Source: Escherichia coli (GTDB lineage Bacteria > Pseudomonadota > Gammaproteobacteria > Enterobacterales > Enterobacteriaceae). From it: a stretch of 64,000 bases of DNA. The notes beneath the pieces were generated by a model that did no database searches, was not told where the DNA came from, and worked only from the letters and a program-made list of their open reading frames with translations. The position numbers were made by a program, and so were the translations under genes. The stretch lies in NCBI RefSeq assembly GCF_003334355.1, contig NZ_QOWP01000017.1; one strand, 5' to 3'. This document shows positions 1 to 13,819 of this stretch, one piece after another. The first letter of the stretch is position 1. The number at the start of each line of letters is the position of its first letter.

Positions 1-2
1 TG

Positions 3-1316
3 TTGATGTTGGTTTTGATGTTACCCAAGCTCGATTCACGCCAGATGACCGAGCTTCTGGATAGCGAACAGCGTCAGGGGCTGATGATTGAGCAGCATGT
101 CGAAGCGGAGCTGGCGAACGATCCGCCCAACGATTTAATGTGGTGGCGGCGTCTGTTCCGGGCGATTGATAAGTGGGCACCGCCAGGACAGCGTTTGTTA
201 TTGGTGACCACCGAAGGCCGCGTGATCGGCGCTGAACGCAGCGAAATGCAGATCATTCGTAACTTTATTGGTCAGGCCGATAACGCCGATCATCCGCAGA
301 AGAAAAAGTATGGCCGCGTGGAACTGGTCGGTCCGTTCTCCGTGCGTGATGGCGAAGATAATTACCAACTTTATCTGATTCGTCCGGCCAGCAGTTCTCA
401 ATCCGATTTCATTAACTTACTGTTTGACCGCCCGCTATTACTGCTGATTGTCACCATGTTGGTCAGTACGCCGCTGCTGTTGTGGTTGGCCTGGAGTCTG
501 GCAAAACCGGCGCGTAAGCTGAAAAACGCTGCCGATGAAGTTGCCCAGGGAAACTTACGCCAGCACCCGGAACTGGAAGCGGGGCCACAGGAATTCCTTG
601 CCGCAGGTGCCAGTTTTAACCAGATGGTCACCGCGCTGGAGCGCATGATGACCTCTCAGCAGCGTCTGCTTTCTGATATCTCTCACGAGCTGCGCACCCC
701 GCTGACGCGTCTGCAACTGGGTACGGCGTTACTGCGCCGTCGTAGCGGTGAAAGCAAGGAACTGGAGCGTATTGAAACCGAAGCGCAACGTCTGGACAGC
801 ATGATCAACGATCTGTTGGTGATGTCACGTAATCAGCAAAAAAACGCGCTGGTTAGCGAAACCATCAAAGCCAACCAGTTGTGGAGTGAAGTGCTGGATA
901 ACGCGGCGTTCGAAGCCGAGCAAATGGGCAAGTCGTTGACAGTTAACTTCCCGCCTGGGCCGTGGCCGCTGTACGGCAATCCGAACGCCCTGGAAAGTGC
1001 GCTGGAAAACATTGTTCGTAATGCTCTGCGTTATTCCCATACGAAGATTGAAGTGGGCTTTGCGGTAGATAAAGACGGTATCACCATTACGGTGGACGAC
1101 GATGGTCCTGGCGTTAGCCCGGAAGATCGCGAACAGATTTTCCGTCCGTTCTATCGGACCGATGAAGCACGCGATCGTGAATCTGGCGGTACAGGATTGG
1201 GGCTGGCGATTGTTGAAACCGCCATTCAGCAGCATCGTGGCTGGGTGAAGGCAGAAGACAGCCCGCTGGGCGGTTTACGGCTGGTGATTTGGTTGCCGCT
1301 GTATAAGCGGAGTTAA
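3..1316 (+). CDS. cpxA: Envelope-stress sensor histidine kinase CpxA, 5'-truncated by the window edge
   Basis: 437-aa ORF running from window start; H-box SHELRTPLT and ATP-binding GLGLAIV motifs; sequence matches my memory of CpxA, whose first ~20 codons lie outside the window. Confidence 0.95.
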   Translation: MMLVLMLPKLDSRQMTELLDSEQRQGLMIEQHVEAELANDPPNDLMWWRRLFRAIDKWAPPGQRLLLVTTEGRVIGAERSEMQIIRNFIGQADNADHPQKKKYGRVELVGPFSVRDGEDNYQLYLIRPASSSQSDFINLLFDRPLLLLIVTMLVSTPLLLWLAWSLAKPARKLKNAADEVAQGNLRQHPELEAGPQEFLAAGASFNQMVTALERMMTSQQRLLSDISHELRTPLTRLQLGTALLRRRSGESKELERIETEAQRLDSMINDLLVMSRNQQKNALVSETIKANQLWSEVLDNAAFEAEQMGKSLTVNFPPGPWPLYGNPNALESALENIVRNALRYSHTKIEVGFAVDKDGITITVDDDGPGVSPEDREQIFRPFYRTDEARDRESGGTGLGLAIVETAIQQHRGWVKAEDSPLGGLRLVIWLPLYKRS

Positions 1317-1325
1317 ACTCCGCAT

Positions 1326-1412
1326 TTGTAGGCAGGATAAGGCGTTTACGCCGCATCCGGCATTTGAGCAGGATGCCTGATGCGACGCTGATAGCGTCTT
1401 ATCAGGCCTACA
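1326..1412. repeat. REP/BIME pair (two inverted REP palindromes) in the cpxA-yiiM gap
   Basis: gtaggcaggataaggcgtttacgccgcatccggca followed by gatgcctgatgcgacgctgatagcgtcttatcaggcctac; canonical E. coli REP sequences. Confidence 0.8.
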
Positions 1413-1421
1413 CTCCGGGGG

Positions 1422-2096
1422 TTATTTTCCCCACAACCGCCGTGAAAAATCTTCGATCTTGCCGCTCAGTCGGCGCTTTTGCATCGTTCGCGTCCAGCTT
1501 TTCGATAACCCGGCGGCGGAGAGTAAACGGTGATACTGATCGTCATCAAACGGCATATGCCATGCGATGGCGGCAGCCTCCTGCACGGTCACATCGCTGA
1601 CACGGGAAACCAACTCCAGCGTCGCGTCCGCAGACACTTTCCCTGGCGCTATCACGCTATACAACCACCCCACTTTACCCGTGTTTTGCATCAACTGCGC
1701 TATGTCACTGATATCAAAATGGTAATTGAGTTTATAGCAAGGCGAGCGCGGCTGACTGACCTGAATTAATGCCTCTCCCCAGCGGAAAATATCGCCCATA
1801 TAAACATTACTTTCCGTGAGACCGTCGGTTGAGAGGTTTTCACCAAACGCAGGCGCAACAAACAACTCCGCCTGTTCCGGGAATTCCCGCGCCCAGTAGA
1901 GATAATGCTCACGAGGATAATGACACAGCGCTCTGTCTGGCCCGCCGTGAACCTTTTTCTCCGCCTGCTCGTCACCTTCCAGCCCCAGCTCCGTCAGCAT
2001 CAACTCACCATCAACCTGGATTTTGGCAATTGCGCTGGGTTTGCCTTCGGGATAAGCCTGAATCTTGCCTGTGTATACATCAACCGGATATCGCAT
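1422..2096 (-). CDS. yiiM: MOSC-domain protein YiiM
   Basis: 234-aa ORF; internal Met giving 224 aa (MRYPVDVYTGKIQ...) matches the recalled YiiM length; conserved position next to cpxA. Confidence 0.85.
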   Translation of the reverse strand: MRYPVDVYTGKIQAYPEGKPSAIAKIQVDGELMLTELGLEGDEQAEKKVHGGPDRALCHYPREHYLYWAREFPEQAELFVAPAFGENLSTDGLTESNVYMGDIFRWGEALIQVSQPRSPCYKLNYHFDISDIAQLMQNTGKVGWLYSVIAPGKVSADATLELVSRVSDVTVQEAAAIAWHMPFDDDQYHRLLSAAGLSKSWTRTMQKRRLSGKIEDFSRRLWGK

Positions 2097-2244
2097 CTGT
2101 TCCCTCTCCACGAGAAATTTCCCCATTAGACCATATTTATTTTATGTCAGGCGTGCTGTTTTCGCGGTAAGTATCCAGGCAGGAACTCAATAGCAAACCG
2201 GACGAACGTTAGTTCATCCGGCTGTGGGGATTAAGGAAGCAGGT

Positions 2245-3228
2245 TTATTTCACCGTACCTAAAATTTCGATTTTCGCTGCTCTGGCTTTGACTTTACGTG
2301 ACCAGATAGAGGTAAGAATTGGCACCAGAATCGAAGTCACAATGACCGCCGTCGCTACCAGCGAAGTTGCTGCCGGAGCCATCGGTTTAAACGCAGGCAC
2401 CATTTCTGCAATCAGCACAGGTGTCGCTACCGCGGCCCCTGCGGAACTGGAAGCGGCAATTCCGGCAGTGCCATCGCCACCGCCAATCAATTTATCGGCG
2501 ATAATCAACGGAATACCGGTCACGATAATTACTGCCACACCCAACAGGATCCCCAGCAAACCTGTCTGGGCAATTACAGTCAAATCAATGGTATTGCCCA
2601 GCGCGAAGGCAAAAAATGGAATCAGCGTCTGCACCGCTTTGCTGAAAAATTCTCGTAATTCAGGGTCAAGGTTCCCAAGGGCAAAGCCCACCAGGAACGG
2701 TAATACTGCGCCGACGAAAACATGCGGTTCAAACGAGGCAATCCCGGCAGTGCCCAGAATAATCATCGTCATGAGCGGCCCGGACTCCAATGACATCAAC
2801 ACAAATGCCCCAGCTTCTTCTTTTGTGCCGTACTGCTGCATGATGGAAGCGTAAAGTCCGCCGTTGGTCATATCCATCGCCGCCACCAGCGCCAGCGTTG
2901 AAAGTCCGGCAAAGAATCCAACTTCAACACCATGTTCCGGAATAATGCGCGAGGCAATTGCCGCAACCACCCACGCGACGGCAATTTTTGTTACCACCAG
3001 CGTACCGGATTTACGCAGTACCGTTCCCGTCGCGCTTAATTTTATTGACGCCCCCATGCAAAAAAACCACACCGCCAGAATGGGCACCGTACCGGTAATC
3101 ATCCCGTTGGTGAATGATCCAAAATATTTCCCCGCCCCCGGCGAGAAGGTGTGGCACAGTGCGCCAAGGAATAGCGGGACGAGCATCATCCCCCCCGGGA
3201 TTTTCTCAATCGAGCGTTTTATCTGCAT
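2245..3228 (-). CDS. kdgT: 2-keto-3-deoxygluconate permease
   Basis: 330-aa ORF, 327 aa from [13 protein letters not shown]...; highly hydrophobic multi-pass membrane protein. Confidence 0.9.
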
Positions 3229-3348
3229 TTCCATCACCTGTCGGCATATTTTTAAGGGCTGATGCGTAATTCCTCAATGGAGCATCAGTGTTGATGGAAA
3301 CGAAGATAGACATTCATTTAATCAATAAAAGTGATCAAAACCACATCA

Positions 3349-3369
3349 ATTGAAACACTGTTTTATTTT
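3349..3369. promoter_or_regulatory. KdgR-operator-like palindrome upstream of kdgT
   Basis: aattgaaacactgttttattt resembles the KdgR box (AAATGAAACA..TGTTTCATTT-type) and sits in the kdgT 5' region. Confidence 0.4.
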
Positions 3370-3402
3370 TATCGGATCATTGTTTTTATTTTGAAATTGA
3401 TC

Positions 3403-3440
3403 ACAAAAAAACCACCGCCGTTGGCGATGGTTCATTTTTT
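3403..3440 (-). terminator. Rho-independent terminator downstream of sodA
   Basis: Minus-strand hairpin accatcgcc/ggcggtggt followed by a U-run, and preceded by an A-run, directly after the sodA stop. Confidence 0.6.
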
Positions 3441-3487
3441 AAGCTGATATGCGGCGTAAACGCCTCATTGCAGCAGGCGGCAAATGA

Positions 3488-4108
3488 TTATTTTTTCGCC
3501 GCGAAACGTGCCGCTGCTTCATCCCAGTTCACCACGTTCCAGAACTCTTTGATGTAGTCCGGACGGCGGTTCTGGAATTTCAGGTAGTAAGCATGTTCCC
3601 ACACATCCAGGCCCAGAATCGGGAAGCCGGAAGCGCCAGAAATAGCTTCACCCATCAGCGGAGAATCCTGGTTAGCAGTAGAAACCACCGCCAGTTTATC
3701 GCCTTTCAGCACCAGCCATGCCCAGCCGGAACCAAAGCGGGAAGCTGCCGCTTTTTCAAATTCTGCTTTGAAGTTATCAACGGAGCCGAAGTCACGTTCG
3801 ATAGCCGCTTTCAGGTCACCCTGCAGGGTGGTGCCTTTTTTCAGACCTTTCCAGAACAGGCTGTGGTTAGCGTGACCGCCAGCGTTGTTGCGCAGTACGG
3901 TTTTCTTGTCTGCTGGCAGCTGGTCCAGTTTGGTGATCAGCTCTTCAACCGGCAGGTTGGCAAATTCTGGCAGGCTTTCCAGCGCCGCGTTGGCGTTGTT
4001 TACGTAGGTCTGATGGTGTTTGGTGTGGTGGATTTCCATGGTCTGCTCATCGAAGTGCGGTTCCAGGGCATCGTAAGCATACGGCAGGGATGGCAGGGTA
4101 TAGCTCAT
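3488..4108 (-). CDS. sodA: Manganese superoxide dismutase
   Basis: 206 aa from [20 protein letters not shown]...; classic Mn/Fe-SOD sequence with metal ligands in DVWEHAYY. Confidence 0.95.
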   Translation of the reverse strand: MSYTLPSLPYAYDALEPHFDEQTMEIHHTKHHQTYVNNANAALESLPEFANLPVEELITKLDQLPADKKTVLRNNAGGHANHSLFWKGLKKGTTLQGDLKAAIERDFGSVDNFKAEFEKAAASRFGSGWAWLVLKGDKLAVVSTANQDSPLMGEAISGASGFPILGLDVWEHAYYLKFQNRRPDYIKEFWNVVNWDEAAARFAAKK

Positions 4109-4160
4109 ATTCATCTCCAGTATTGTCGGGCGGCCGATTGTTAATGCCGCGTAAGCAGTT

Positions 4161-4202
4161 GGTTCATTATAGTTAATTAAATGATATTGAAAATGATTAT
4201 CA
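4161..4202. promoter_or_regulatory. sodA promoter region with Fur-box-like AT-rich dyad
   Basis: Minus-strand gataatcattttcaatatcatttaattaac resembles the GATAATGATAATCATTATC Fur consensus; sodA is an established Fur target. Confidence 0.4.
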
Positions 4203-4392
4203 ATGCCGTACTTTTCGTAAGGGTATGGTTTTGCAGGAAAATGCCCGAGATGTGAAGCAAATCACCCACTTAATGCCGTGATTGCCAGTAAATCGACAAC
4301 GGCGGCAACAGGCGAAAGGTTAATCGACAGCACGATTTTTACACTCATCTCGTCGGAGATGTGAAGCGACGAAAAATGATGAGGATAAGAAG

Positions 4393-5427
4393 ATGAGTAA
4401 CGCGATTACGATGGGGATATTTTGGCATTTGATCGGCGCGGCCAGTGCAGCCTGTTTTTACGCTCCGTTCAAAAAAGTAAAAAAATGGTCATGGGAAACC
4501 ATGTGGTCAGTCGGTGGGATTGTTTCGTGGATTATTCTGCCGTGGGCCATCAGCGCCCTGTTACTACCGGATTTCTGGGCGTATTACAGCTCGTTTAGTC
4601 TCTCTACGCTGCTGCCTGTTTTTCTGTTCGGCGCTATGTGGGGGATCGGTAATATCAACTATGGCCTGACCATGCGTTATCTCGGCATGTCGATGGGAAT
4701 TGGCATCGCCATTGGCATTACGTTGATTGTCGGTACGCTGATGACGCCAATTATCAACGGCAATTTCGATGTGCTGATTAACACCGAAGGCGGACGCATG
4801 ACGTTGCTCGGCGTTCTGGTGGCGCTGATTGGCGTAGGGATTGTAACTCGCGCCGGGCAGTTGAAAGAGCGCAAGATGGGCATTAAAGCCGAAGAGTTCA
4901 ATCTGAAAAAAGGGCTGGTGCTGGCGGTGATGTGCGGCATTTTCTCTGCCGGGATGTCCTTTGCGATGAACGCCGCAAAACCGATGCATGAAGCCGCTGC
5001 CGCACTTGGCGTCGATCCACTGTATGTCGCTCTGCCAAGCTATGTCATCATCATGGGCGGCGGCGCGATCATCAACCTCGGTTTCTGTTTTATTCGTCTG
5101 GCAAAAGTGAAGGATTTGTCGCTAAAAGCCGACTTCTCGCTGGCAAAACCGCTGATCACTCACAATGTGTTACTCTCAGCACTGGGCGGGTTGATGTGGT
5201 ACCTGCAATTCTTTTTCTATGCCTGGGGCCACGCCCGCATTCCGGCGCAATATGACTACATCAGTTGGATGCTGCATATGAGCTTCTATGTATTGTGCGG
5301 CGGTATCGTCGGGCTGGTGCTGAAAGAGTGGAACAATGCAGGACGCCGTCCGGTAACGGTGTTGAGCCTCGGTTGTGTGGTGATTATTGTCGCCGCTAAC
5401 ATCGTCGGCATCGGCATGGCGAATTAA
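4393..5427 (+). CDS. rhaT: L-rhamnose-proton symporter
   Basis: 344-aa ORF, 10-TM-type hydrophobic protein, conserved position beside rhaR. Confidence 0.95.
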   Translation: MSNAITMGIFWHLIGAASAACFYAPFKKVKKWSWETMWSVGGIVSWIILPWAISALLLPDFWAYYSSFSLSTLLPVFLFGAMWGIGNINYGLTMRYLGMSMGIGIAIGITLIVGTLMTPIINGNFDVLINTEGGRMTLLGVLVALIGVGIVTRAGQLKERKMGIKAEEFNLKKGLVLAVMCGIFSAGMSFAMNAAKPMHEAAAALGVDPLYVALPSYVIIMGGGAIINLGFCFIRLAKVKDLSLKADFSLAKPLITHNVLLSALGGLMWYLQFFFYAWGHARIPAQYDYISWMLHMSFYVLCGGIVGLVLKEWNNAGRRPVTVLSLGCVVIIVAANIVGIGMAN

Positions 5428-6272
5428 TCTTTCTGCGAATTGAGATGACGCCACTGGCTGGGCGTCATCCCGGTTTCCCGGGTAAACACCACCGAAAAAT
5501 AGTTACTATCTTCAAAGCCACATTCGGTCGAAATATCACTGATTAACAGGCGGCTATGCTGGAGAAGATATTGCGCATGACACACTCTGACCTGTCGCAG
5601 ATATTGATTGATGGTCATTCCAGTCTGCTGGCGAAATTGCTGACGCAAAACGCGCTCACTGCACGATGCCTCATCACAAAATTTATCCAGCGCAAAGGGA
5701 CTTTTCAGGCTAGCCGCCAGCCGGGTAATCAGCTTATCCAGCAACGTTTCGCTGGATGTTGGCGGCAACGAATCACTGGTGTAACGATGGCGATTCAGCA
5801 ACATCACCAACTGCCCGAACAGCAACTCAGCCATTTCGTTAGCAAACGACACATGCTGACTACTTTCATGCTCAAGCTGACCGATAACCTGCCGCGCCTG
5901 CGCCATCCCCATGCTACCTAAGCGCCAGTGTGGTTGCCCTGCGCTGGCGTTAAATCCCGGAATCGCCCCCTGCCAGTCAAGATTCAGCTTCAGACGCTCC
6001 GGGCAATAAATAATATTCTGCAAAACCAGATCGTTAACGGAAGCGTAGGAGTGTTTATCGTCAGCATGAATGTAAAAGAGATCGCCACGGGTAATGCGAT
6101 AAGGGCGATCGTTGAGTACATGCAGGCCATTACCGCGCCAGACAATCACCAGCTCACAAAAATCATGTGTATGTTCAGCAAAGACATCTTGCGGATAACG
6201 GTCAGCCACAGCGACTGCCTGCTGGTCGCTGGCAAAAAAATCATCTTTGAGAAGTTTTAACTGATGCGCCAC
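5424..6272 (-). CDS. rhaR: AraC-family activator RhaR
   Basis: 282 aa from an internal GTG (V)[12 protein letters not shown]... inside the 340-aa ORF; cupin plus AraC HTH domains; stop codon overlaps the rhaT stop. Confidence 0.9.
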   Translation of the reverse strand: MAHQLKLLKDDFFASDQQAVAVADRYPQDVFAEHTHDFCELVIVWRGNGLHVLNDRPYRITRGDLFYIHADDKHSYASVNDLVLQNIIYCPERLKLNLDWQGAIPGFNASAGQPHWRLGSMGMAQARQVIGQLEHESSQHVSFANEMAELLFGQLVMLLNRHRYTSDSLPPTSSETLLDKLITRLAASLKSPFALDKFCDEASCSERVLRQQFRQQTGMTINQYLRQVRVCHAQYLLQHSRLLISDISTECGFEDSNYFSVVFTRETGMTPSQWRHLNSQKD

Positions 6273-6345
6273 CGTGGCTACCTCGGCCAGAGAACGAAGT
6301 TGATTATTCGCAATATGGCGTACAAATACGTTGAGAAGATTCGCG

Positions 6346-7182
6346 TTATTGCAGAAAACCATCCCGTCCCTGACGAATATCACGCGGTGACCAGTTAAAC
6401 TCTCGGCGAAAAAGCGTCGAAAAGTGGTTACTGTCGCTGAATCCACAGCGATAGGCGATGTCAGTAACGCTGGCCTCGCTGTGGCGTAGCAGATGTCGGG
6501 CTTTCATCAGTCGCAGGCGGTTCAGGTATCGCTGAGGCGTCAGTCCCGTTTGCTGCTTAAGCTGCCGATGTAGCGTACGCAGTGAAAGAGAAAATTGATC
6601 CGCCACGGCATCCCAATTCACCTCATCGGCAAAATGGTCCTCCAGCCAGGCCAGAAGCAAGTTGAGACGTGATGCGCTGTTTTCCAGGTTCTCCTGCAAA
6701 CTGCTTTTACGCAGCAAGAGCAGTAATTGCATAAACAAGATCTCGCGACTGGCGGTCGAGGGTAAATCATTTTCCCCTTCCTGCTGTTCCATCTGTGCAA
6801 CCAGCTGTCGCACCTGCTGCAATACGCTGTGGTTAACGCGCCAGTGAGACGGATACTGCCCATCCAGCTCTTGTGGCAGCAACTGATTCAGCCCGGCGAG
6901 AAACTGAAATCGATCCGGCGAGCGATATAGCACATTGGTCAGACACAGATTATCGGTATGTTCATACAGATGCCGATCATGGTCGCGCACAAAACAGACC
7001 GTGCCACCGGTGATGGTATAGGGCTGCCCATTAAACACATGAATACCCGTGCCATGTTCGACAATCACAATTTCATGAAAATCATGATGATGTTCAGGAA
7101 AATCCGCCTGCGGGAGCCGGGGTTCTATCGCCACGGACGCGTTACCAGACGGAAAAAAATCCACACTATGTAATACGGTCAT
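6346..7182 (-). CDS. rhaS: AraC-family activator RhaS
   Basis: 278 aa [22 protein letters not shown]...; matches RhaS. Confidence 0.95.
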   Translation of the reverse strand: MTVLHSVDFFPSGNASVAIEPRLPQADFPEHHHDFHEIVIVEHGTGIHVFNGQPYTITGGTVCFVRDHDRHLYEHTDNLCLTNVLYRSPDRFQFLAGLNQLLPQELDGQYPSHWRVNHSVLQQVRQLVAQMEQQEGENDLPSTASREILFMQLLLLLRKSSLQENLENSASRLNLLLAWLEDHFADEVNWDAVADQFSLSLRTLHRQLKQQTGLTPQRYLNRLRLMKARHLLRHSEASVTDIAYRCGFSDSNHFSTLFRREFNWSPRDIRQGRDGFLQ

Positions 7183-10195
<3,013 letters not shown>

Positions 10196-10200
10196 ACACT

Positions 10201-10424
10201 GCCGGATGCGGCGCGAGCGCCTTATCCGGCCTACGGGTCGGCAACAGTTGTAGGCCTGATAAGACGCGACAGCGTCGCATCAGGCATTGATTGCCGGATG
10301 CGGCACAAGTGCCTTATCCGGCCTACAGGTCGGCAATAGTTGTAGGCCTGATAAGACGCGACAGCGTCGCATCAGGCATTGATTGCCGGATGCGGCGCGA
10401 GCGCCTTATCCGGCCTACGGGTCG
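10201..10424. repeat. BIME cluster: about 2.4 tandem copies of a 92-bp unit, each holding two inverted REP palindromes
   Basis: Unit gccggatgcggcgcgagcgccttatccggcctacgggtcggcaacagttgtaggcctgataagacgcgacagcgtcgcatcaggcattgatt begins at 10201, 10293 and 10385. Confidence 0.9.
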
Positions 10425-10461
10425 TGCATCCGACAACACCGAATTTACAGGAACACAGAAC

Positions 10462-11286
10462 ATGCAAAACATTACTCAGTCCTGGTTTGTCCAGGGAATG
10501 ATCAAAGCCACCACCGACGCCTGGCTGAAAGGCTGGGATGAGCGCAACGGCGGCAACCTGACGCTACGCCTGGATGACGCCGATATCGCACCATATCACG
10601 ACAATTTCCACCAACAACCGCGCTATATCCCGCTCAGCCAGCCCATGCCTTTACTGGCAAATACACCGTTTATTGTCACCGGCTCGGGCAAATTCTTCCG
10701 TAACGTCCAGCTTGATCCTGCGGCTAACTTAGGCATCGTAAAAGTCGACAGCGACGGCGCGGGCTACCACATTCTTTGGGGGTTAACCAACGAAGCCGTC
10801 CCCACTTCCGAACTTCCGGCTCACTTCCTTTCCCACTGCGAGCGCATTAAAGCCACCAACGGCAAAGATCGGGTGATCATGCACTGCCACGCCACCAACC
10901 TGATCGCCCTCACCTATGTACTTGAAAACGACACCGCGGTCTTCACTCGCCAACTGTGGGAAGGCAGCACCGAGTGTCTGGTGGTATTCCCGGATGGCGT
11001 TGGCATTTTGCCGTGGATGGTGCCCGGCACGGACGAAATCGGCCAGGCGACCGCACAAGAGATGCAAAAACATTCGCTGGTGTTGTGGCCCTTCCACGGC
11101 GTCTTCGGCAGCGGACCGACGCTGGATGAAACCTTCGGTTTAATCGACACCGCAGAAAAATCAGCACAAGTATTAGTGAAGGTTTATTCGATGGGCGGCA
11201 TGAAACAGACCATCAGCCGTGAAGAGTTGATAGCGCTCGGCAAGCGTTTCGGCGTTACGCCACTCGCCAGTGCGCTGGCGCTGTAA
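10462..11286 (+). CDS. rhaD: Rhamnulose-1-phosphate aldolase
   Basis: 274 aa from [37 protein letters not shown]...; the longer track ORF starting at 10291 is an artefact running through the REP cluster. Confidence 0.95.
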
Positions 11287-11295
11287 GGAGCAAAC

Positions 11296-11610
11296 ATGAT
11301 CCGCAAAGCCTTTGTCATGCAGGTAAACCCCGACGCCCACGAAGAGTATCAGCGTCGGCATAATCCCATCTGGCCAGAACTGGAAGCAGTGCTGAAATCT
11401 CACGGTGCGCATAACTACGCCATCTATCTCGACAAAGCGCGTAATCTGCTGTTTGCCATGGTAGAGATTGAATCTGAAGAACGCTGGAATGCGGTTGCCA
11501 GCACTGATGTTTGCCAACGTTGGTGGAAATATATGACCGATGTTATGCCCGCTAACCCGGATAACAGCCCGGTGAGTCGCGAGCTGCAAGAAGTGTTTTA
11601 CCTGCCGTAA
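11296..11610 (+). CDS. rhaM: L-rhamnose mutarotase
   Basis: 104-aa ORF immediately after rhaD, matches RhaM (YiiL). Confidence 0.9.
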   Translation: MIRKAFVMQVNPDAHEEYQRRHNPIWPELEAVLKSHGAHNYAIYLDKARNLLFAMVEIESEERWNAVASTDVCQRWWKYMTDVMPANPDNSPVSRELQEVFYLP

Positions 11611-11618
11611 TTGCCCAA

Positions 11619-11650
11619 TGTGCCAGAGATGCCTCCGGCACAATATTTTA
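11619..11650 (+). terminator. Hairpin plus T-rich tail after rhaM
   Basis: tgtgccagagatgcctccggcaca (10-bp stem with one mismatch) followed by atatttta. Confidence 0.45.
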
Positions 11651-11910
11651 AATTTCGATTTGAAAAATTAAACATATTACATCTCCCGGTAAGTTATATT
11701 TCCCTGATACATTGTGAGTAAATCACAAAAATAATGAATAACCCATTAATGATTCATGTGGTTTATTTAAATAACCATTATGTGCATTACTCCGCAAATC
11801 TGACCTTTCACTCTGTCTCAAATTGTCATTGTTTACCGACATATCGCCTCTCATCACTTAATCGCTCCACCATTACAATTGATTAAAATATATTTTATGG
11901 AGTCCGATTA

Positions 11911-12357
11911 ATGGCAGCTCTTACTGCAAGCTGTATTGACCTGAATATTCAGGGCAATGGCGCTTATTCCGTTCTGAAGCAGTTGGCGACAATAGCGTTA
12001 CAAAACGGTTTTATCACCGACTCACACCAGTTCCTGCAAACCCTGCTGCTGCGCGAAAAAATGCACTCTACTGGATTTGGTTCCGGTGTCGCCGTGCCGC
12101 ACGGTAAAAGCGCCTGCGTTAAACAACCGTTCGTATTATTCGCCCGCAAAGCGCAGGCTATTGACTGGAAAGCCAGCGATGGCGAAGACGTCAATTGCTG
12201 GATCTGCCTCGGCGTGCCGCAAAGCGGCGAAGAGGATCAGGTCAAAATCATCGGCACACTGTGTCGCAAAATTATTCACAAGGAATTTATTCATCAACTG
12301 CAACAGGGCGATACCGACCAGGTGCTTGCCTTGTTAAATCAAACCCTCAGCTCATAA
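11911..12357 (+). CDS. frvA: PTS fructose-like EIIA component
   Basis: 148-aa ORF with the PTS EIIA(Fru/Mtl) active-site region GVAVPHGK. Confidence 0.85.
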   Translation: MAALTASCIDLNIQGNGAYSVLKQLATIALQNGFITDSHQFLQTLLLREKMHSTGFGSGVAVPHGKSACVKQPFVLFARKAQAIDWKASDGEDVNCWICLGVPQSGEEDQVKIIGTLCRKIIHKEFIHQLQQGDTDQVLALLNQTLSS

Positions 12358-12367
12358 GGAAGTGGCG

Positions 12368-13819
12368 ATGGAGTCATCCTTACGTATTGTCGCGATCACC
12401 AACTGCCCCGCCGGGATCGCTCACACCTACATGGTGGCGGAAGCCCTGGAACAGAAAGCCCGTTCTCTCGGTCATACCATAAAAGTGGAAACTCAAGGGT
12501 CCAGTGGCGTTGAAAACCGCTTATCCAGCGAAGAGATTGCCGCTGCCGATTACGTCATTCTCGCTACCGGGCGTGGCCTGAGCGGTGATGATCGCGCGCG
12601 GTTTGCCGGGAAGAAAGTTTATGAGATTGCCATCTCCCAGGCGTTGAAAAATATCGACCAGATTTTCAGCGAATTACCGACAAACTCGCAGCTTTTTGCC
12701 GCAGATAGCGGCGTGAAGCTTGGCAAACAGGAAGTGCAAAGCGGTAGCGTGATGAGCCACCTGATGGCGGGCGTCTCTGCGGCGCTGCCGTTTGTCATCG
12801 GCGGTGGTATCCTGGTGGCGCTTGCCAACATGCTGGTGCAGTTCGGTTTGCCGTATACCGATATGTCGAAAGGCGCGCCGTCGTTTACCTGGGTAGTTGA
12901 ATCCATCGGTTACCTTGGCTTCACCTTTATGATCCCCATCATGGGCGCTTATATTGCCTCGTCGATTGCCGATAAACCGGCTTTCGCTCCGGCGTTTCTG
13001 GTTTGCTATCTGGCGAACGACAAAGCGCTGCTCGGCACCCAGTCGGGTGCGGGATTCCTCGGCGCGGTGGTGCTGGGGCTGGCGATTGGCTATTTCGTCT
13101 TCTGGTTCCGCAAAGTGCGCCTTGGCAAAGCATTACAACCGCTGCTCGGTTCAATGCTGATCCCGTTCGTTACTCTGCTGGTTTTCGGCGTGCTCACTTA
13201 CTACGTTATCGGGCCGGTGATGTCCGACCTCATGGGCGGGCTGCTCCACTTCCTGAATACCATTCCTCCATCAATGAAGTTTGCGGCAGCGTTTCTGGTC
13301 GGTGCGATGCTGGCGTTCGATATGGGCGGCCCCATCAATAAAACCGCCTGGTTCTTCTGCTTCTCACTGCTGGAAAAACACATTTATGACTGGTACGCCA
13401 TCGTCGGCGTTGTCGCGCTGATGCCGCCCGTCGCGGCGGGTCTTGCGACGTTCATTGCGCCCAAACTGTTTACCCGACAGGAAAAAGAGGCTGCCAGTAG
13501 TGCCATTGTGGTCGGTGCCACAGTCGCAACCGAACCGGCTATTCCTTACGCTCTGGCAGCTCCGTTGCCGATGATTACCGCCAATACGCTGGCGGGCGGC
13601 ATTACCGGCGTGCTGGTGATCGCTTTCGGAATCAAACGTCTGGCACCTGGTTTGGGTATCTTTGACCCGCTGATCGGCCTGATGTCGCCGGTGGGTTCGT
13701 TTTATCTGGTGCTGGCGATTGGCCTCGCGCTGAACATTTCATTCATTATCGTCCTGAAAGGATTGTGGTTACGCCGCAAAGCGAAAGCCGCGCAACAGGA
13801 GCTTGTCCATGAACATTGA
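12368..13819 (+). CDS. frvB: PTS fructose-like EIIBC component
   Basis: 483 aa from MESSLRIVAITNCPAGIAHTYM... (EIIB cysteine motif) followed by a polytopic EIIC domain. Confidence 0.85.
   Translation: MESSLRIVAITNCPAGIAHTYMVAEALEQKARSLGHTIKVETQGSSGVENRLSSEEIAAADYVILATGRGLSGDDRARFAGKKVYEIAISQALKNIDQIFSELPTNSQLFAADSGVKLGKQEVQSGSVMSHLMAGVSAALPFVIGGGILVALANMLVQFGLPYTDMSKGAPSFTWVVESIGYLGFTFMIPIMGAYIASSIADKPAFAPAFLVCYLANDKALLGTQSGAGFLGAVVLGLAIGYFVFWFRKVRLGKALQPLLGSMLIPFVTLLVFGVLTYYVIGPVMSDLMGGLLHFLNTIPPSMKFAAAFLVGAMLAFDMGGPINKTAWFFCFSLLEKHIYDWYAIVGVVALMPPVAAGLATFIAPKLFTRQEKEAASSAIVVGATVATEPAIPYALAAPLPMITANTLAGGITGVLVIAFGIKRLAPGLGIFDPLIGLMSPVGSFYLVLAIGLALNISFIIVLKGLWLRRKAKAAQQELVHEH

Noticed and set aside
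10201-10424. Possible CRISPR array (regularly spaced repeats)
   Set aside because: The repeats are REP palindromes with no unique spacers; the whole 92-bp unit is repeated, and there are no cas genes anywhere in the window.
10291-10461. N-terminal extension of rhaD suggested by the ORF track (331-aa ORF starting at 10291)
   Set aside because: The extension is translated straight through the REP/BIME array; the genuine start is the ATG at 10462 (MQNITQ...), giving the 274-aa aldolase.
11735-11887. 50-codon ORF (MNNPLMIHVVYLNNHYVHYSANL...) in the frvA leader
   Set aside because: No Shine-Dalgarno, and composition reflects AT-rich non-coding DNA; it is kept only as part of the frv leader observation.
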